From Acetobacteraceae bacterium (GTDB lineage: Bacteria; Pseudomonadota; Alphaproteobacteria; Acetobacterales; Acetobacteraceae): 64,000 bases of DNA. Each line of letters starts with the position of its first letter. Position 1 is the stretch's first letter. A model generated the notes under the pieces. The model worked only from the letters and a program-made list of their open reading frames with translations. It was not told where the DNA came from and did no database searches. Positions 28,671 to 37,949 of this stretch are shown here, piece after piece. The position numbers and the translations under genes were made by a program. The stretch spans positions 6,275-70,274 of the forward strand of contig JAVBUO010000001.1 in the NCBI GenBank assembly GCA_031555315.1, given 5' to 3'.

Positions 28671-29960
28671 TTACCCCTCAAACGGATCCTTCACCAGAAT
28701 CGTATCGTCGCGTTCGGGGCTGGTGGACAGAATCTGCACCGGCGCTTCGACAAGCTCCTCGATCCGGCGCACATACTTGATCGCCTGCGCCGGTAGTTCG
28801 CCCCACGACCGTGCGCCGCGCGTCGAGCCCGACCAGCCCTCTACCACTTCGTAAACCGGCTGCGCCTTGGCCTGCGCACGCTGCGCCGCCGGCAGATGAC
28901 CGACGGCCTGACCGTCGATCGTGTAACCGGTGCAGATCTTCAGTTCCTTCAGCCCGTCCAGCACGTCGAGCTTGGTCAGCACCAGCCCTTGCACGCCGCC
29001 GACTTTCACGGCCTGACGCACCAGCGCGGCGTCGAACCAGCCGCACCGGCGGCGCCGGCCGGTGACCGTGCCGAATTCATGGCCGCGATCGCCCAGCAGC
29101 GTGCCGATCTCGTCCTGCAGTTCGGTCGGAAACGGGCCCGAGCCGACACGTGTCGCATAGGCCTTGGCGATGCCCAGCACGGTGCCGATCGCCGACGGCG
29201 CGATCCCTGCCCCGCCCGCCGCATTGCCCGCCACGGTGTTCGACGAGGTGACGAACGGATACGTACCGTGATCGACGTCGAGCATCACCGCCTGCGCGCC
29301 TTCGAACAGGATGCGCTTGCCTTCCTTGCGCGCTGCATCCAGCCGTTCCCATACCGGCTCGGCGAACGGCAACAGCTTCGGTGCCAATGCCAGCAGATCG
29401 GCCAGCAGGTCGGCCTTGGTGAAGGTGTCCGCGCCCAGGCCCTTCAGCAGCGTGTTGTGATGCAGCAGCAGTTCGTCGAGCTTCGCCGACAGGGTTTCCG
29501 GCTCCGCCAGGTCGCACAGGCGGATCGCCCGACGCGCCACCTTGTCCTCGTAAGCCGGGCCGATGCCGCGGCCGGTCGTGCCGATCTTGGCGTCACCGCG
29601 CGCCACTTCACGCGCCCGGTCCAGCGCCGGATGCAGTTTGAGAATCAGCGGTGTGTTTTCGGCGATACGCAGATTTTCGGGGGTGACCGTCAATCCCTGC
29701 GCCTGCACCTTGGCGATCTCGGCCAGCAACGCCTCGGGGTCGAGCACCACGCCGTTGCCGATGATCCCCAGCTTGCCGCGCACCACGCCCGACGGCAGCA
29801 GCGACAGCTTGTAGGTCTGATCGCCGACCACCAGCGTGTGGCCCGCGTTGTGCCCGCCCTGAAAGCGCACCACGATATCGGCGCGCGACGCCAGCCAGTC
29901 GACAACCTTGCCCTTGCCTTCGTCGCCCCACTGGGCGCCGATTACTGCGACATTCGCCAT
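28671..29960 (-). CDS. purA: Adenylosuccinate synthase
   Basis: Internal ATG 29960 of ORF 28671..30014. N-terminus [21 protein letters not shown]. Confidence 0.95.
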   Translation of the reverse strand: MANVAVIGAQWGDEGKGKVVDWLASRADIVVRFQGGHNAGHTLVVGDQTYKLSLLPSGVVRGKLGIIGNGVVLDPEALLAEIAKVQAQGLTVTPENLRIAENTPLILKLHPALDRAREVARGDAKIGTTGRGIGPAYEDKVARRAIRLCDLAEPETLSAKLDELLLHHNTLLKGLGADTFTKADLLADLLALAPKLLPFAEPVWERLDAARKEGKRILFEGAQAVMLDVDHGTYPFVTSSNTVAGNAAGGAGIAPSAIGTVLGIAKAYATRVGSGPFPTELQDEIGTLLGDRGHEFGTVTGRRRRCGWFDAALVRQAVKVGGVQGLVLTKLDVLDGLKELKICTGYTIDGQAVGHLPAAQRAQAKAQPVYEVVEGWSGSTRGARSWGELPAQAIKYVRRIEELVEAPVQILSTSPERDDTILVKDPFEG

Positions 29961-29968
29961 AGTGCTGT

Positions 29969-31114
29969 TTACTCCACGGGGACGGCTGCGCCGTCTTTCA
30001 GAATATGCGTGCAACCCAGGCGTTTCGCCTCGGCCACATCATCGGTCAGCGGCATCAGCGCCGCGATGGTTGCAAAACCCGCCGCGCGTTGCGCCGCCGC
30101 ATCGCACCCGAACGGGATGAAGCAGCGCGGCCGCACCGGCCGCGGCGCAGTGGCGCGCAGGATCGCATCGGGGAACAGGGTCAGCCCGGTTGCCGGCGCG
30201 CCTTCGTTCGAGACGTAACGTCCGCCGCGCCCGAGTTCCTCGTTGCGGCCCGGCGCATAGATCGTCAACGCCACGCCGGTGTGGTAGCGGAAGCCGCGGA
30301 ACTCCACCGGGTCGACCGTCAGGCGCAGCGCGGGCAGACGCCGATGCACGGCGGCGACGGTTTCCGTCAGACGGTCGGCATGCGCGCGCACCGCCTGCGG
30401 CAACGGCGCGTTGGCCAGCGCCTTCAGCGCACGATCCGCCGGTCCCGCCGCCAGCAGCAGGTCGGTCAGCATCCGTGCCAGCGCGCCGCCATGCCGCGCC
30501 ACCGACGCTGCGTCCTTACGGTCCAGCGCGCGGGCCAGCGCCCGGCGGGCAGCGTCATCGGTAATCTCGGCGTCGATCAGTGCCGGAATTAGCAGCGGCA
30601 TGGTCAGATCAACACTGATCGCCGCCAGCCCGACAGCGGCCAGCGCCTCGACGCCCACCGCGATGATTTCCGCGTCGGCCTCGGCCACGTCGCTGCCGAT
30701 CAGTTCGATTCCGGCCTGGGCGACCTGGCGGTCCGGTGCCAGTTGGCTGCCGCGCACGCGCAGGCATTGCCCGGCATAGGACAGCCGCAGCGGTCGCGGC
30801 ACGCCCGCCAGCCGCGTGGCGGCAATGCGCGCCACCTGCGGCGTGGTATCGGCGCGCAGCCCCATCATGCGCTGAGAAACGGGGTCCATCAGCCGGAACA
30901 TCTGTTCGGCCACGGCCTCGCCCGCGCCCAGCAACAGGCTCTCCTCGAATTCCAGCAACGGGGGTTTCACGCGCTGATAACCATGCGCGCCGAACACCGA
31001 CATTACACACTCCACCGTCCCGGCCTCGATTTCGGCATCGGGGGGCAGAAGATCGCGTAGCCCGGCGGGTAAGAGCGCCGGATGATTGGGGGCTTCGTCT
31101 GTCACAACGTGCAT
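29969..31114 (-). CDS. hisZ: ATP phosphoribosyltransferase regulatory subunit
   Basis: ORF 29969..31144. 31144 is a TTG overlapping the cheR stop, so ATG 31114 is preferred. HisZ-like sequence [14 protein letters not shown]...[14 protein letters not shown]. Confidence 0.85.
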   Translation of the reverse strand: MHVVTDEAPNHPALLPAGLRDLLPPDAEIEAGTVECVMSVFGAHGYQRVKPPLLEFEESLLLGAGEAVAEQMFRLMDPVSQRMMGLRADTTPQVARIAATRLAGVPRPLRLSYAGQCLRVRGSQLAPDRQVAQAGIELIGSDVAEADAEIIAVGVEALAAVGLAAISVDLTMPLLIPALIDAEITDDAARRALARALDRKDAASVARHGGALARMLTDLLLAAGPADRALKALANAPLPQAVRAHADRLTETVAAVHRRLPALRLTVDPVEFRGFRYHTGVALTIYAPGRNEELGRGGRYVSNEGAPATGLTLFPDAILRATAPRPVRPRCFIPFGCDAAAQRAAGFATIAALMPLTDDVAEAKRLGCTHILKDGAAVPVE

Positions 31115-31140
31115 CTGTGTGACAGGTGCGCCGCCCCTGT

Positions 31141-32067
31141 TCAAGCCCGAACGGGCATCCGGCCGTAATTGGGCGGTTTTGCCGCCCCTTTTGCCGCCGC
31201 CGGCACGGTTGCCGCGGCGGGTGGCACTGCATTTGCCGCCGCCGGCGCGGGTGCACCGCCAACCGGTATGTAAACCCCTCGCCCGCCCGTTTCCGGCGCG
31301 AAGCGGTCGCTGACCCCCACCACGGTCTCGGCCGCCCCGAGATACAGCACGCCGTCGTCCGGCATGATCTTGCGGATCGCCGCCAGGGTCCGGGATTTTG
31401 TCTGATAGTCGAAATAAATAAGCACGTTACGGCAGAACACAATATCGAACCGCCCCAGTCCGCTCAGGTCGGCCAGCAGATTCCATTCGCGGAACTGCAC
31501 CATGTTGCGGATCTTCTCGGACAGCAACCAGTTCTGCCCGACGCGCTGGAAATACTTGACCAGCATTTGCACGGGCAGGCCGCGCTGTACTTCGAACTGG
31601 GTGTATATTCCCTCTCGCGCCCGCGACAGCTGGTCGCGGGCGATATCCGTCCCGATGATCTCGATCCGCCGCCCCTGCGCCAGAGCCGGATTATCCGCCA
31701 GCATCATCGCGATGGAATACGCTTCCTGCCCCGACGACGAAGCGGCCGACCAGACCCGGATCGTCCCCCCGGGCGGGCGGGCGGCGCACAGTTTCGGAAA
31801 CGCCTGCAGACGCAAATGCTCGAACGGGCGTCCGTCGCGGAAAAAAAGCGATTCGTTGGTGGTCATCGCCTCGACGACACGTGCCGCGATGGCCTCGGCG
31901 CCGGGCTGGCGCAAGCGTGTCGCCAGCGCATCCAGATCGGCCAGTTTCTCGGTCTGGGCGATCGGCGTCAGCCGCGCATTCAGCAGGTAATCCTTGTCCC
32001 GGCCGATCACCAGCCCCGAGCGGGTTTTCAGCAGCGCCGCCAGGAAATCGAAATTCGCTGGTGTCAT
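31141..32067 (-). CDS. cheR: Chemotaxis protein methyltransferase
   Basis: ORF 31141..32067. Motifs TTNESLFFRD, RVWSAASSSGQEAYS and FCRNVLIYFD. Confidence 0.95.
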   Translation of the reverse strand: MTPANFDFLAALLKTRSGLVIGRDKDYLLNARLTPIAQTEKLADLDALATRLRQPGAEAIAARVVEAMTTNESLFFRDGRPFEHLRLQAFPKLCAARPPGGTIRVWSAASSSGQEAYSIAMMLADNPALAQGRRIEIIGTDIARDQLSRAREGIYTQFEVQRGLPVQMLVKYFQRVGQNWLLSEKIRNMVQFREWNLLADLSGLGRFDIVFCRNVLIYFDYQTKSRTLAAIRKIMPDDGVLYLGAAETVVGVSDRFAPETGGRGVYIPVGGAPAPAAANAVPPAAATVPAAAKGAAKPPNYGRMPVRA

Positions 32068-33182
32068 GCGCGCGCTCCCATTTTTGTACTGTTGCCAACC
32101 AGGCTCAGGATCTTTCGGGAAATTTCAGGCAACGGCAGAATCGAGAAACAGAGACCCGCCTGCGCCACAGCGCCGGGCATGCCCCAGACGACGCTCGTCG
32201 CCTCGTCCTGCGCAATGATGCCGCCCGATGCCGCAATCAACTTTTCGCCGCCGCGCAAACCGTCACTGCCCATGCCGGTCAGGATGACAGCCAGGGTCCG
32301 GTCGCCTGCCGCCACGGCAAGGCTGCGCAACAGCGGATCGACCGCGGGACGGCAGAAGTTTTCGGGCGGGTCGTCGTTCAGCCGTATGGAAAGCGATGTG
32401 CCGCTGCCCGCGACCACCATATGCCGCCCGCCGGGCGCGAGATGGACATGGCCGGGACGCAGCGCCTCGCCATCGATGGCTTCCGCGCATGTGGGACCGT
32501 TCAGGCGGTTGATATGCTCGGCCAGCATGCCGGTAAACGCCGCCGGCATATGCTGGGTCAGCAAAATGGGAAGCGGGAAGTTTCGGCCCAGTGCCGGGAT
32601 CAGCGACAACAGCGCCTGCGGCCCGCCGGTCGAACTGCCGATCGCCAGAACACGCGGCGGCAACGGCGGCGCCGATCGCAAGGTCGGTTTTTTTGCCCCG
32701 GCCGGCGCCGGTGTTATCGCCTGTCTGCCGCGACGCGCCCCCAGCGCGCGCACCTTGGAAATCAGATCCCGGCGGAAAAGGTCGTCACCGCTGACATTGG
32801 CCAGACTGGTCGGTTTCGGCACATAGTCCGCCGCCCCCAGTTGCAGGGCGCGCATGGTGACATCGGCGCCGCGGGTCGTCAGCGTGGACACCATGATGAC
32901 CCGTACATCCGGCGCGGCTTTGAGGATCAGCGGCAGAGCCGTCAGCCCGTCCATCACCGGCATTTCGATATCGAGGACGACGACATCGACGCGGGCCGAA
33001 CGCAACTGATCCAGCAGTTCGCGCCCATTACCGGCCCGCAGGACGACGTTGATCTGTGGCGACGATTCCAGCGCACGTCCGATGATGCCGCGGATCAGTG
33101 GCGAATCGTCGCATATCGCAACGCGAACCGCACTGTCCGCAGCAGCAGGCGCCGCGGATCTGGCTGACACGGGAGGCAGCAT
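32064..33182 (-). CDS. cheB: Chemotaxis response regulator protein-glutamate methylesterase
   Basis: ORF 32064..33182. REC domain (DVVVLDIEMPVMDG) plus methylesterase domain (IGSSTGGPQAL). ATGA overlap with cheR. Confidence 0.95.
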   Translation of the reverse strand: MLPPVSARSAAPAAADSAVRVAICDDSPLIRGIIGRALESSPQINVVLRAGNGRELLDQLRSARVDVVVLDIEMPVMDGLTALPLILKAAPDVRVIMVSTLTTRGADVTMRALQLGAADYVPKPTSLANVSGDDLFRRDLISKVRALGARRGRQAITPAPAGAKKPTLRSAPPLPPRVLAIGSSTGGPQALLSLIPALGRNFPLPILLTQHMPAAFTGMLAEHINRLNGPTCAEAIDGEALRPGHVHLAPGGRHMVVAGSGTSLSIRLNDDPPENFCRPAVDPLLRSLAVAAGDRTLAVILTGMGSDGLRGGEKLIAASGGIIAQDEATSVVWGMPGAVAQAGLCFSILPLPEISRKILSLVGNSTKMGARA

Positions 33183-33184
33183 GA

Positions 33185-33562
33185 TTACATCGCCCCGATC
33201 TGAGTCAATTTACCGAGCAGAATATCTTCATCGAAAGGCTTCATGATATACTCGCACGCACCGGCTTCCAGCGCGGCGCAGATGCGGGACATCTCGCTCT
33301 CGGTGGTACAGAACACGACATGCGGCAAATGCTCCGCGTCCTCAGCGGCCAGCGTGCGCAGCATGGTGATGCCATCCATCACCGGCATGTTCCAGTCCAA
33401 AAGGACCACGTCCGGTTTCACCGCACGACAGGCTTCCAGACCTTCCTGTCCGTTCACGGCTTCCGTCACCTCGAAACCGTGTTTTTCAAGCATTCGGCGT
33501 GACAGTTTTCGGACGACAGCACTGTCATCGACGACAAGGCACACCTTTGCGGACATGATCAT
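33185..33562 (-). CDS. cheY: CheY-like single-domain response regulator
   Basis: Internal ATG 33562 of ORF 33185..33706. Starts MIMSAKVCLVVDDS and contains VVLLDWNMPVMDG. ATGA overlap with the cheW stop. Confidence 0.9.
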   Translation of the reverse strand: MIMSAKVCLVVDDSAVVRKLSRRMLEKHGFEVTEAVNGQEGLEACRAVKPDVVLLDWNMPVMDGITMLRTLAAEDAEHLPHVVFCTTESEMSRICAALEAGACEYIMKPFDEDILLGKLTQIGAM

Positions 33563-34062
33563 GCTTCTCCGACTGTCGCTGAACCTGCCGTAATAGCCGT
33601 CAGCGCCGATACATCGAGGATCGACAGCAGAACGCCATCCAGCTGGTACACCGATGTTGCGAACGTACGCAGCGGCGCCGGCAAGGTCGACGGCAGTGCT
33701 TCGCACTTGTCTTTGCCCAGCGTCAGCACATCGCCGACCGTATCCACCATCAGACTGTAAAACTCGCCGCGGCTTTCGACCACGATGCTGGTCTGCTTGA
33801 TGTTTGTCGCCTCACCGCCCAGACCGATCCGCCGGCGCAGATCGATCGCCGTGACGATACGGCCGCGTAAATTGAGGCTGCCGGATATTTCTCCCGGCGC
33901 CAGCGGGATCTTTGCGATCGCCGGCGCGATCAGCACATCCTGGACACTCAGGACCGGAATGCCGCACAGCATGTCCGCAACCGTCAGCGTCACGAAAGTG
34001 TCTTCCTCGCGCACCGTTTTTCCTGAACGATCGCGCTCGATGACGTTTGCCTGGCTTTTCAT
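33559..34062 (-). CDS. cheW: Chemotaxis coupling protein CheW
   Basis: ORF 33559..34062. A CheW-like domain spans the whole protein. ATGA overlap with cheA. Confidence 0.9.
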   Translation of the reverse strand: MKSQANVIERDRSGKTVREEDTFVTLTVADMLCGIPVLSVQDVLIAPAIAKIPLAPGEISGSLNLRGRIVTAIDLRRRIGLGGEATNIKQTSIVVESRGEFYSLMVDTVGDVLTLGKDKCEALPSTLPAPLRTFATSVYQLDGVLLSILDVSALTAITAGSATVGEA

Positions 34063-36659
34063 GCTGTCGCTCCTTCATGCACCAGTGCGCCGGCAGGAGA
34101 GAGCCTGAACGCAATGGCCTGCATCAATCCTTCGCGGTCCATTTTCTGGACATGTTCGGTGAACCCGGCCTGACGGCCACGTTCCAGGTGCTCGGGTTCG
34201 GCAAGGCTGGACAGCGCGATGACCGGCAGGTCCATCCAGATACCATCCCGACGTATTTCTTTCGCGAAAGTAAAACCATCCATGCCCGGCATTTCTATGT
34301 CGGTGACGATCGCATCGAACATGGATCCTGCTTCACGCAGACGCAGCGCCTCGGCCGGGTTCAGAACCGCGGTCACTTCATAACCGGCGGACGACAGGAC
34401 CGGCACCAGCATCTGGCTGAAGAACGCACTGTCCTCCACCACCAGAAGACGCCTTTTGTCCACTTTCTGCGCCTGCTTCGTGAACCAGTTGTCCGAAGCG
34501 CGCGACAGCCAGTATGCCGTGTCGATCACATCGGTGGCTTTTCCGTTGATGACCGCCGAGCCAAGCGTTCCGTCCTGGCCTTTGCCGAGCTCGATCTTTA
34601 TCACGTCCTCAACGATGTCGATGATTTCGTCGACCAGAAGTCCCATCGCGCAGTCGCCGTCCGTGAAGACCAGTATCGGCTGACGCGGGCTGCTCGTGTC
34701 CACACCCATCCGCACCAGCGGCAGAAGATGGTCGCGATACTGAAGAACTTCGTCGCCCGCCGATGTATGCTCGATGCTTTCGCGCGGCATGTCCTCGATG
34801 CGCGAAACCAGAGTCAGCGGCACGGCTTTCGGCTCTGCGCCGCCGGCGCGGAACAGGAGCAGCGCCACCTTTTCGCCCGTGGTCGCATGGACCCCGCTCT
34901 GTTCGATGTCTTTGCCGGCGGTGGCGGATTCACGGCCCAGGCTGACGTCCGCGGCGCGGGCGATACCGTTCGGGTCCAGGATCATGATCACCGAACCGTC
35001 ACCCAGGATCGTGTTGCCGCTGAAGACGCTGAGGTGCCGCAAAATCGGCGCCAACGGCTTCACGACGATATCTTCGGTGTCGAACACGCGATCGACGATG
35101 ATCCCGAACGTATTGGCCCCGACCTGGGTCACGACGACATAATCGCTCTCGCGGCCGGTATTGTCACTTTCACCGAGCCCCAGCAGTTCCGACAAACGCA
35201 CCAGCGGTAACAGACGGTTGCGCAGGCGCAGCACCGGTGTGCGGCTGATCCGTTCGATCGGTGCGTCCACACCCGCGCGCACCAGCTCCACGACGCTGAT
35301 CTGCGGAATGGCGAAACGTTCGCCGCCGGCCGCCACGACCAGCGCCGACACGATGGCCAAGGTGATCGGAATTTTAATGCTGAAGGTGCTGCCCTGACCT
35401 TCGGTCGACTGCACGTCGATCGTGCCGCCGATGCGTTCGATGTTGGTGCGGACGACGTCCATACCGACACCGCGCCCCGAAACCGCCGTCACCTTTTCCG
35501 CGGTCGAAAAACCTGCATGGAAGACCAGGTTACGGATCTGCGAGTCCGGCATCTGGGCCAGTTCGGCTTCCGTGCAAACGCCGCTGCTGATTGCCTTGGC
35601 GCGGATCTTGTCCATCGGCAGGCCGCGGCCGTCGTCGGCGATCTCGATGATGATGTGACCGCCTTCATGATAGGCGTTCAGGGTCAGGCGGCCGGTTTCC
35701 GGCTTGCCGGCCGCGCGCCGCGTCATGGGGTCTTCGATCCCGTGGTCGGCGCTGTTGCGCACCATGTGCGTCAGCGGGTCTTTGATCAGCTCCAGCACCT
35801 GCCGGTCGAGCTCGGTTTCGGCCCCCAGCATGACCAGCTCGATCTTCTTGTTCAGGTCGCGCGCCAGATCGCGCACCAGACGCGGCACCTTGTTCCATGC
35901 ATGCCCGATCGGCTGCATGCGCGCCTTCATCACGCCTTCCTGCAGATCCGATGTGATATGCGACAAACGCTGCAGCGGCACATTGAACGGGCTGTCTTCG
36001 ACCGAACGCGACAACTGCAGCAGCTGGTTGCGCGACAGTACCAGTTCGCTGACCAGCGTCATCAGGTTTTCCAGCACTTCCACACCGACGCGAATGGTCT
36101 GCCCGGCCACCGATGAGGCATGCTGATCAGCCTCTGGTGCCGCCGCGACCGCAGTGGCCTTGTGGGCGACGATTTCCGCCTCAACCGGCGCCGGCGCCGG
36201 CGTTTCCAGGGCCGGATTCGGGGCAGGCTCGGCCGGCGCGTTGAATATTTCTTCGAGTTCCGCTTCGGTCGCGGGCGGCGGGTCACCCGCGATGATCGCA
36301 TCCAGTGCGGCGATCAACTGGCCGTCGTCACCCGAAGGTTCGCTCTGCGTCGTTTCAAGACCGCTCAGAATCAGGCGGATCCGGTCGATCGCCGCCAGAA
36401 TGGTGGTAATCGATTCCGGTGTCGGCACCAGAACACCATCGCGGCACTTGCCCAGCACGTTCTCGGCGGCATGCGCTACGGCCTCCAGGCGCTGCAGGCC
36501 AAGGAAGCCGCAGGTTCCCTTGATCGTGTGCATCAGCCGGAAGATCAGCGACACGGTCTGCGCGTCGGCTGGATCCTGTTCGAGTTTCAGGATCGCCTCG
36601 TCCAGCGCCCCCAGGTTTTCGTTCGTCTCCACAAGGAAGTCCGCGATCAGGTCGTCCAT
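34059..36659 (-). CDS. cheA: Hybrid chemotaxis histidine kinase CheA with two CheW-like domains and a C-terminal receiver
   Basis: ORF 34059..36677 (TTG), with the start moved to the MDDLIADFLVETNENL N-terminus (ATG 36659, GGGCAGGGA upstream). Domains by eye are listed below.
- Hpt: LMHTIKG.
- HATPase: RNSADHGIE, GRGVGMDVV.
- Two CheW-like segments.
- REC: IVTDIEMPGMDG. Confidence 0.9.
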   Translation of the reverse strand: MDDLIADFLVETNENLGALDEAILKLEQDPADAQTVSLIFRLMHTIKGTCGFLGLQRLEAVAHAAENVLGKCRDGVLVPTPESITTILAAIDRIRLILSGLETTQSEPSGDDGQLIAALDAIIAGDPPPATEAELEEIFNAPAEPAPNPALETPAPAPVEAEIVAHKATAVAAAPEADQHASSVAGQTIRVGVEVLENLMTLVSELVLSRNQLLQLSRSVEDSPFNVPLQRLSHITSDLQEGVMKARMQPIGHAWNKVPRLVRDLARDLNKKIELVMLGAETELDRQVLELIKDPLTHMVRNSADHGIEDPMTRRAAGKPETGRLTLNAYHEGGHIIIEIADDGRGLPMDKIRAKAISSGVCTEAELAQMPDSQIRNLVFHAGFSTAEKVTAVSGRGVGMDVVRTNIERIGGTIDVQSTEGQGSTFSIKIPITLAIVSALVVAAGGERFAIPQISVVELVRAGVDAPIERISRTPVLRLRNRLLPLVRLSELLGLGESDNTGRESDYVVVTQVGANTFGIIVDRVFDTEDIVVKPLAPILRHLSVFSGNTILGDGSVIMILDPNGIARAADVSLGRESATAGKDIEQSGVHATTGEKVALLLFRAGGAEPKAVPLTLVSRIEDMPRESIEHTSAGDEVLQYRDHLLPLVRMGVDTSSPRQPILVFTDGDCAMGLLVDEIIDIVEDVIKIELGKGQDGTLGSAVINGKATDVIDTAYWLSRASDNWFTKQAQKVDKRRLLVVEDSAFFSQMLVPVLSSAGYEVTAVLNPAEALRLREAGSMFDAIVTDIEMPGMDGFTFAKEIRRDGIWMDLPVIALSSLAEPEHLERGRQAGFTEHVQKMDREGLMQAIAFRLSPAGALVHEGATA

Positions 36660-36760
36660 ATCCCTGCCCATCTGCAAATCTGTACAGTGGGAAAGCTACA
36701 GGGATATTCTTGCGCGAAACTTAAGAGCCGGCTTTTTAGTAAGCCATTAACGGCTGGACT

Positions 36761-36892
36761 TCAGAACCCGCGCGAGAGCGCACATCCGCCGGCCGCCGAA
36801 GAACCACCGCCGCCGCCCGCACAGTTCAACCCGGAACACGCCGACAGTCCCAGCAGAACCGCCAGGCCCAGCATAGGAAGTATTGTTTTCAT
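36761..36892 (-). CDS. Tiny Gly/Cys-rich lipoprotein (43 aa), unannotated candidate
   Basis: Hand translated as MKTILPMLGLAVLLGLSACSGLNCAGGGGGSSAAGGCALSRGF. Lipobox LGLSA-C. GAGAG lies 5 nt upstream of the ATG. It starts 8 nt after the stop of the upstream peptidase gene. Confidence 0.45.
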   Translation of the reverse strand: MKTILPMLGLAVLLGLSACSGLNCAGGGGGSSAAGGCALSRGF

Positions 36893-36900
36893 CGAAACTC

Positions 36901-37845
36901 TCATGCCCTTAATTCTTCTTGATAAATCCCGATCAACGCAACACCGTCCGCCCCGATCCGGCCCCGGTACATACCGGCCGAATTGAACGGCAACGCGACA
37001 TTCCCCGCGCCATCCACGGCGATAACGCCACCCGATCCGCCGATCCGGCCAAGCTCGGCCACCACATCCTCTGCCGCACGATCGATATCCTGCTTCAGAT
37101 ACCGCATCCGCGCCGCGATTTCATGCCCTACGGCATAACGGATAAAATACTCGCCATGCCCGGTCGCGGAAACCGCGCAGGTTGCGTTGTCGGCCCAGGT
37201 GCCCGCCCCGATCACCGGACTGTCGCCGACGCGGCCCGGCAGCTTCGCCGTCATCCCGCCGGTCGAGGTTGCCGCGGCCACATTCCCATACGCATCACGC
37301 GCCACTGCGCCGACCGTACCGTGCTTCGCCGCATCGTCACGCGTATCGGCCGCGTCCAAACGGCGGCGTTCCAGTTCGTCGTGCAGCGCTTTCAGGCGGC
37401 GGTCGCTGGCGAAGTAGGCCGGATCGGCGAACGCCACGCCGTTCAAACGGCAGAACTCCAGCGCGCCGCGCCCGATCAGCAGCACGTGCTCGGATTTTTC
37501 CATCACCGCCCGCGCCGCCAGTACTGGATGGCGCGGCCCGAAGATCCCCGCCACCGCACCGGCACGCCGGTCGATGCCATCCATCACCGCCGCATCCATT
37601 TCCTGTGTGCCGTCAGCAGCATAGACCGCGCCGCGCCCGGCGTTGAACAGAATATCGTCTTCGAGCACCATCACCGCGGCAGAAGCCGCATCCAGCGCGC
37701 TGCCCCCCTTGGACAGCACGGCATATCCTGCCTTCAGCGACGCACGCAGCCCGGCGCGATAGGCGTTTTCGGCCTCTTGCGTCATATTTTCCCGACGTAT
37801 GGTCCCAGCACCACCATGGACGGCCAGGGCGAATTTCTGGTCCAT
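36901..37845 (-). CDS. Isoaspartyl peptidase / L-asparaginase (Ntn hydrolase)
   Basis: ORF 36901..37845. N-terminus LAVHGGAGT and the autoprocessing site HGTVGAVA. Confidence 0.9.
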   Translation of the reverse strand: MDQKFALAVHGGAGTIRRENMTQEAENAYRAGLRASLKAGYAVLSKGGSALDAASAAVMVLEDDILFNAGRGAVYAADGTQEMDAAVMDGIDRRAGAVAGIFGPRHPVLAARAVMEKSEHVLLIGRGALEFCRLNGVAFADPAYFASDRRLKALHDELERRRLDAADTRDDAAKHGTVGAVARDAYGNVAAATSTGGMTAKLPGRVGDSPVIGAGTWADNATCAVSATGHGEYFIRYAVGHEIAARMRYLKQDIDRAAEDVVAELGRIGGSGGVIAVDGAGNVALPFNSAGMYRGRIGADGVALIGIYQEELRA

Positions 37846-37949
37846 CGGCTCTGCAATCTCCCGGATTGGTCACCGCGATTTTTCCTGCGCTTACGATTGC
37901 CGCGCAATCCCTCTTGACGCAAGGCTGATCCTCTGGCCCCTGCTGCGGT

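Noticed and set aside
36680-36760. Possible sigma-28-like (TTAAGTTT) or CtrA-like (TTAA-N7-CTAA) motifs upstream of cheA.
   Set aside because: Only one half of each consensus matches. The -10 part of the sigma-28 motif and the second CtrA half-site are poor. This is not enough to call a promoter.
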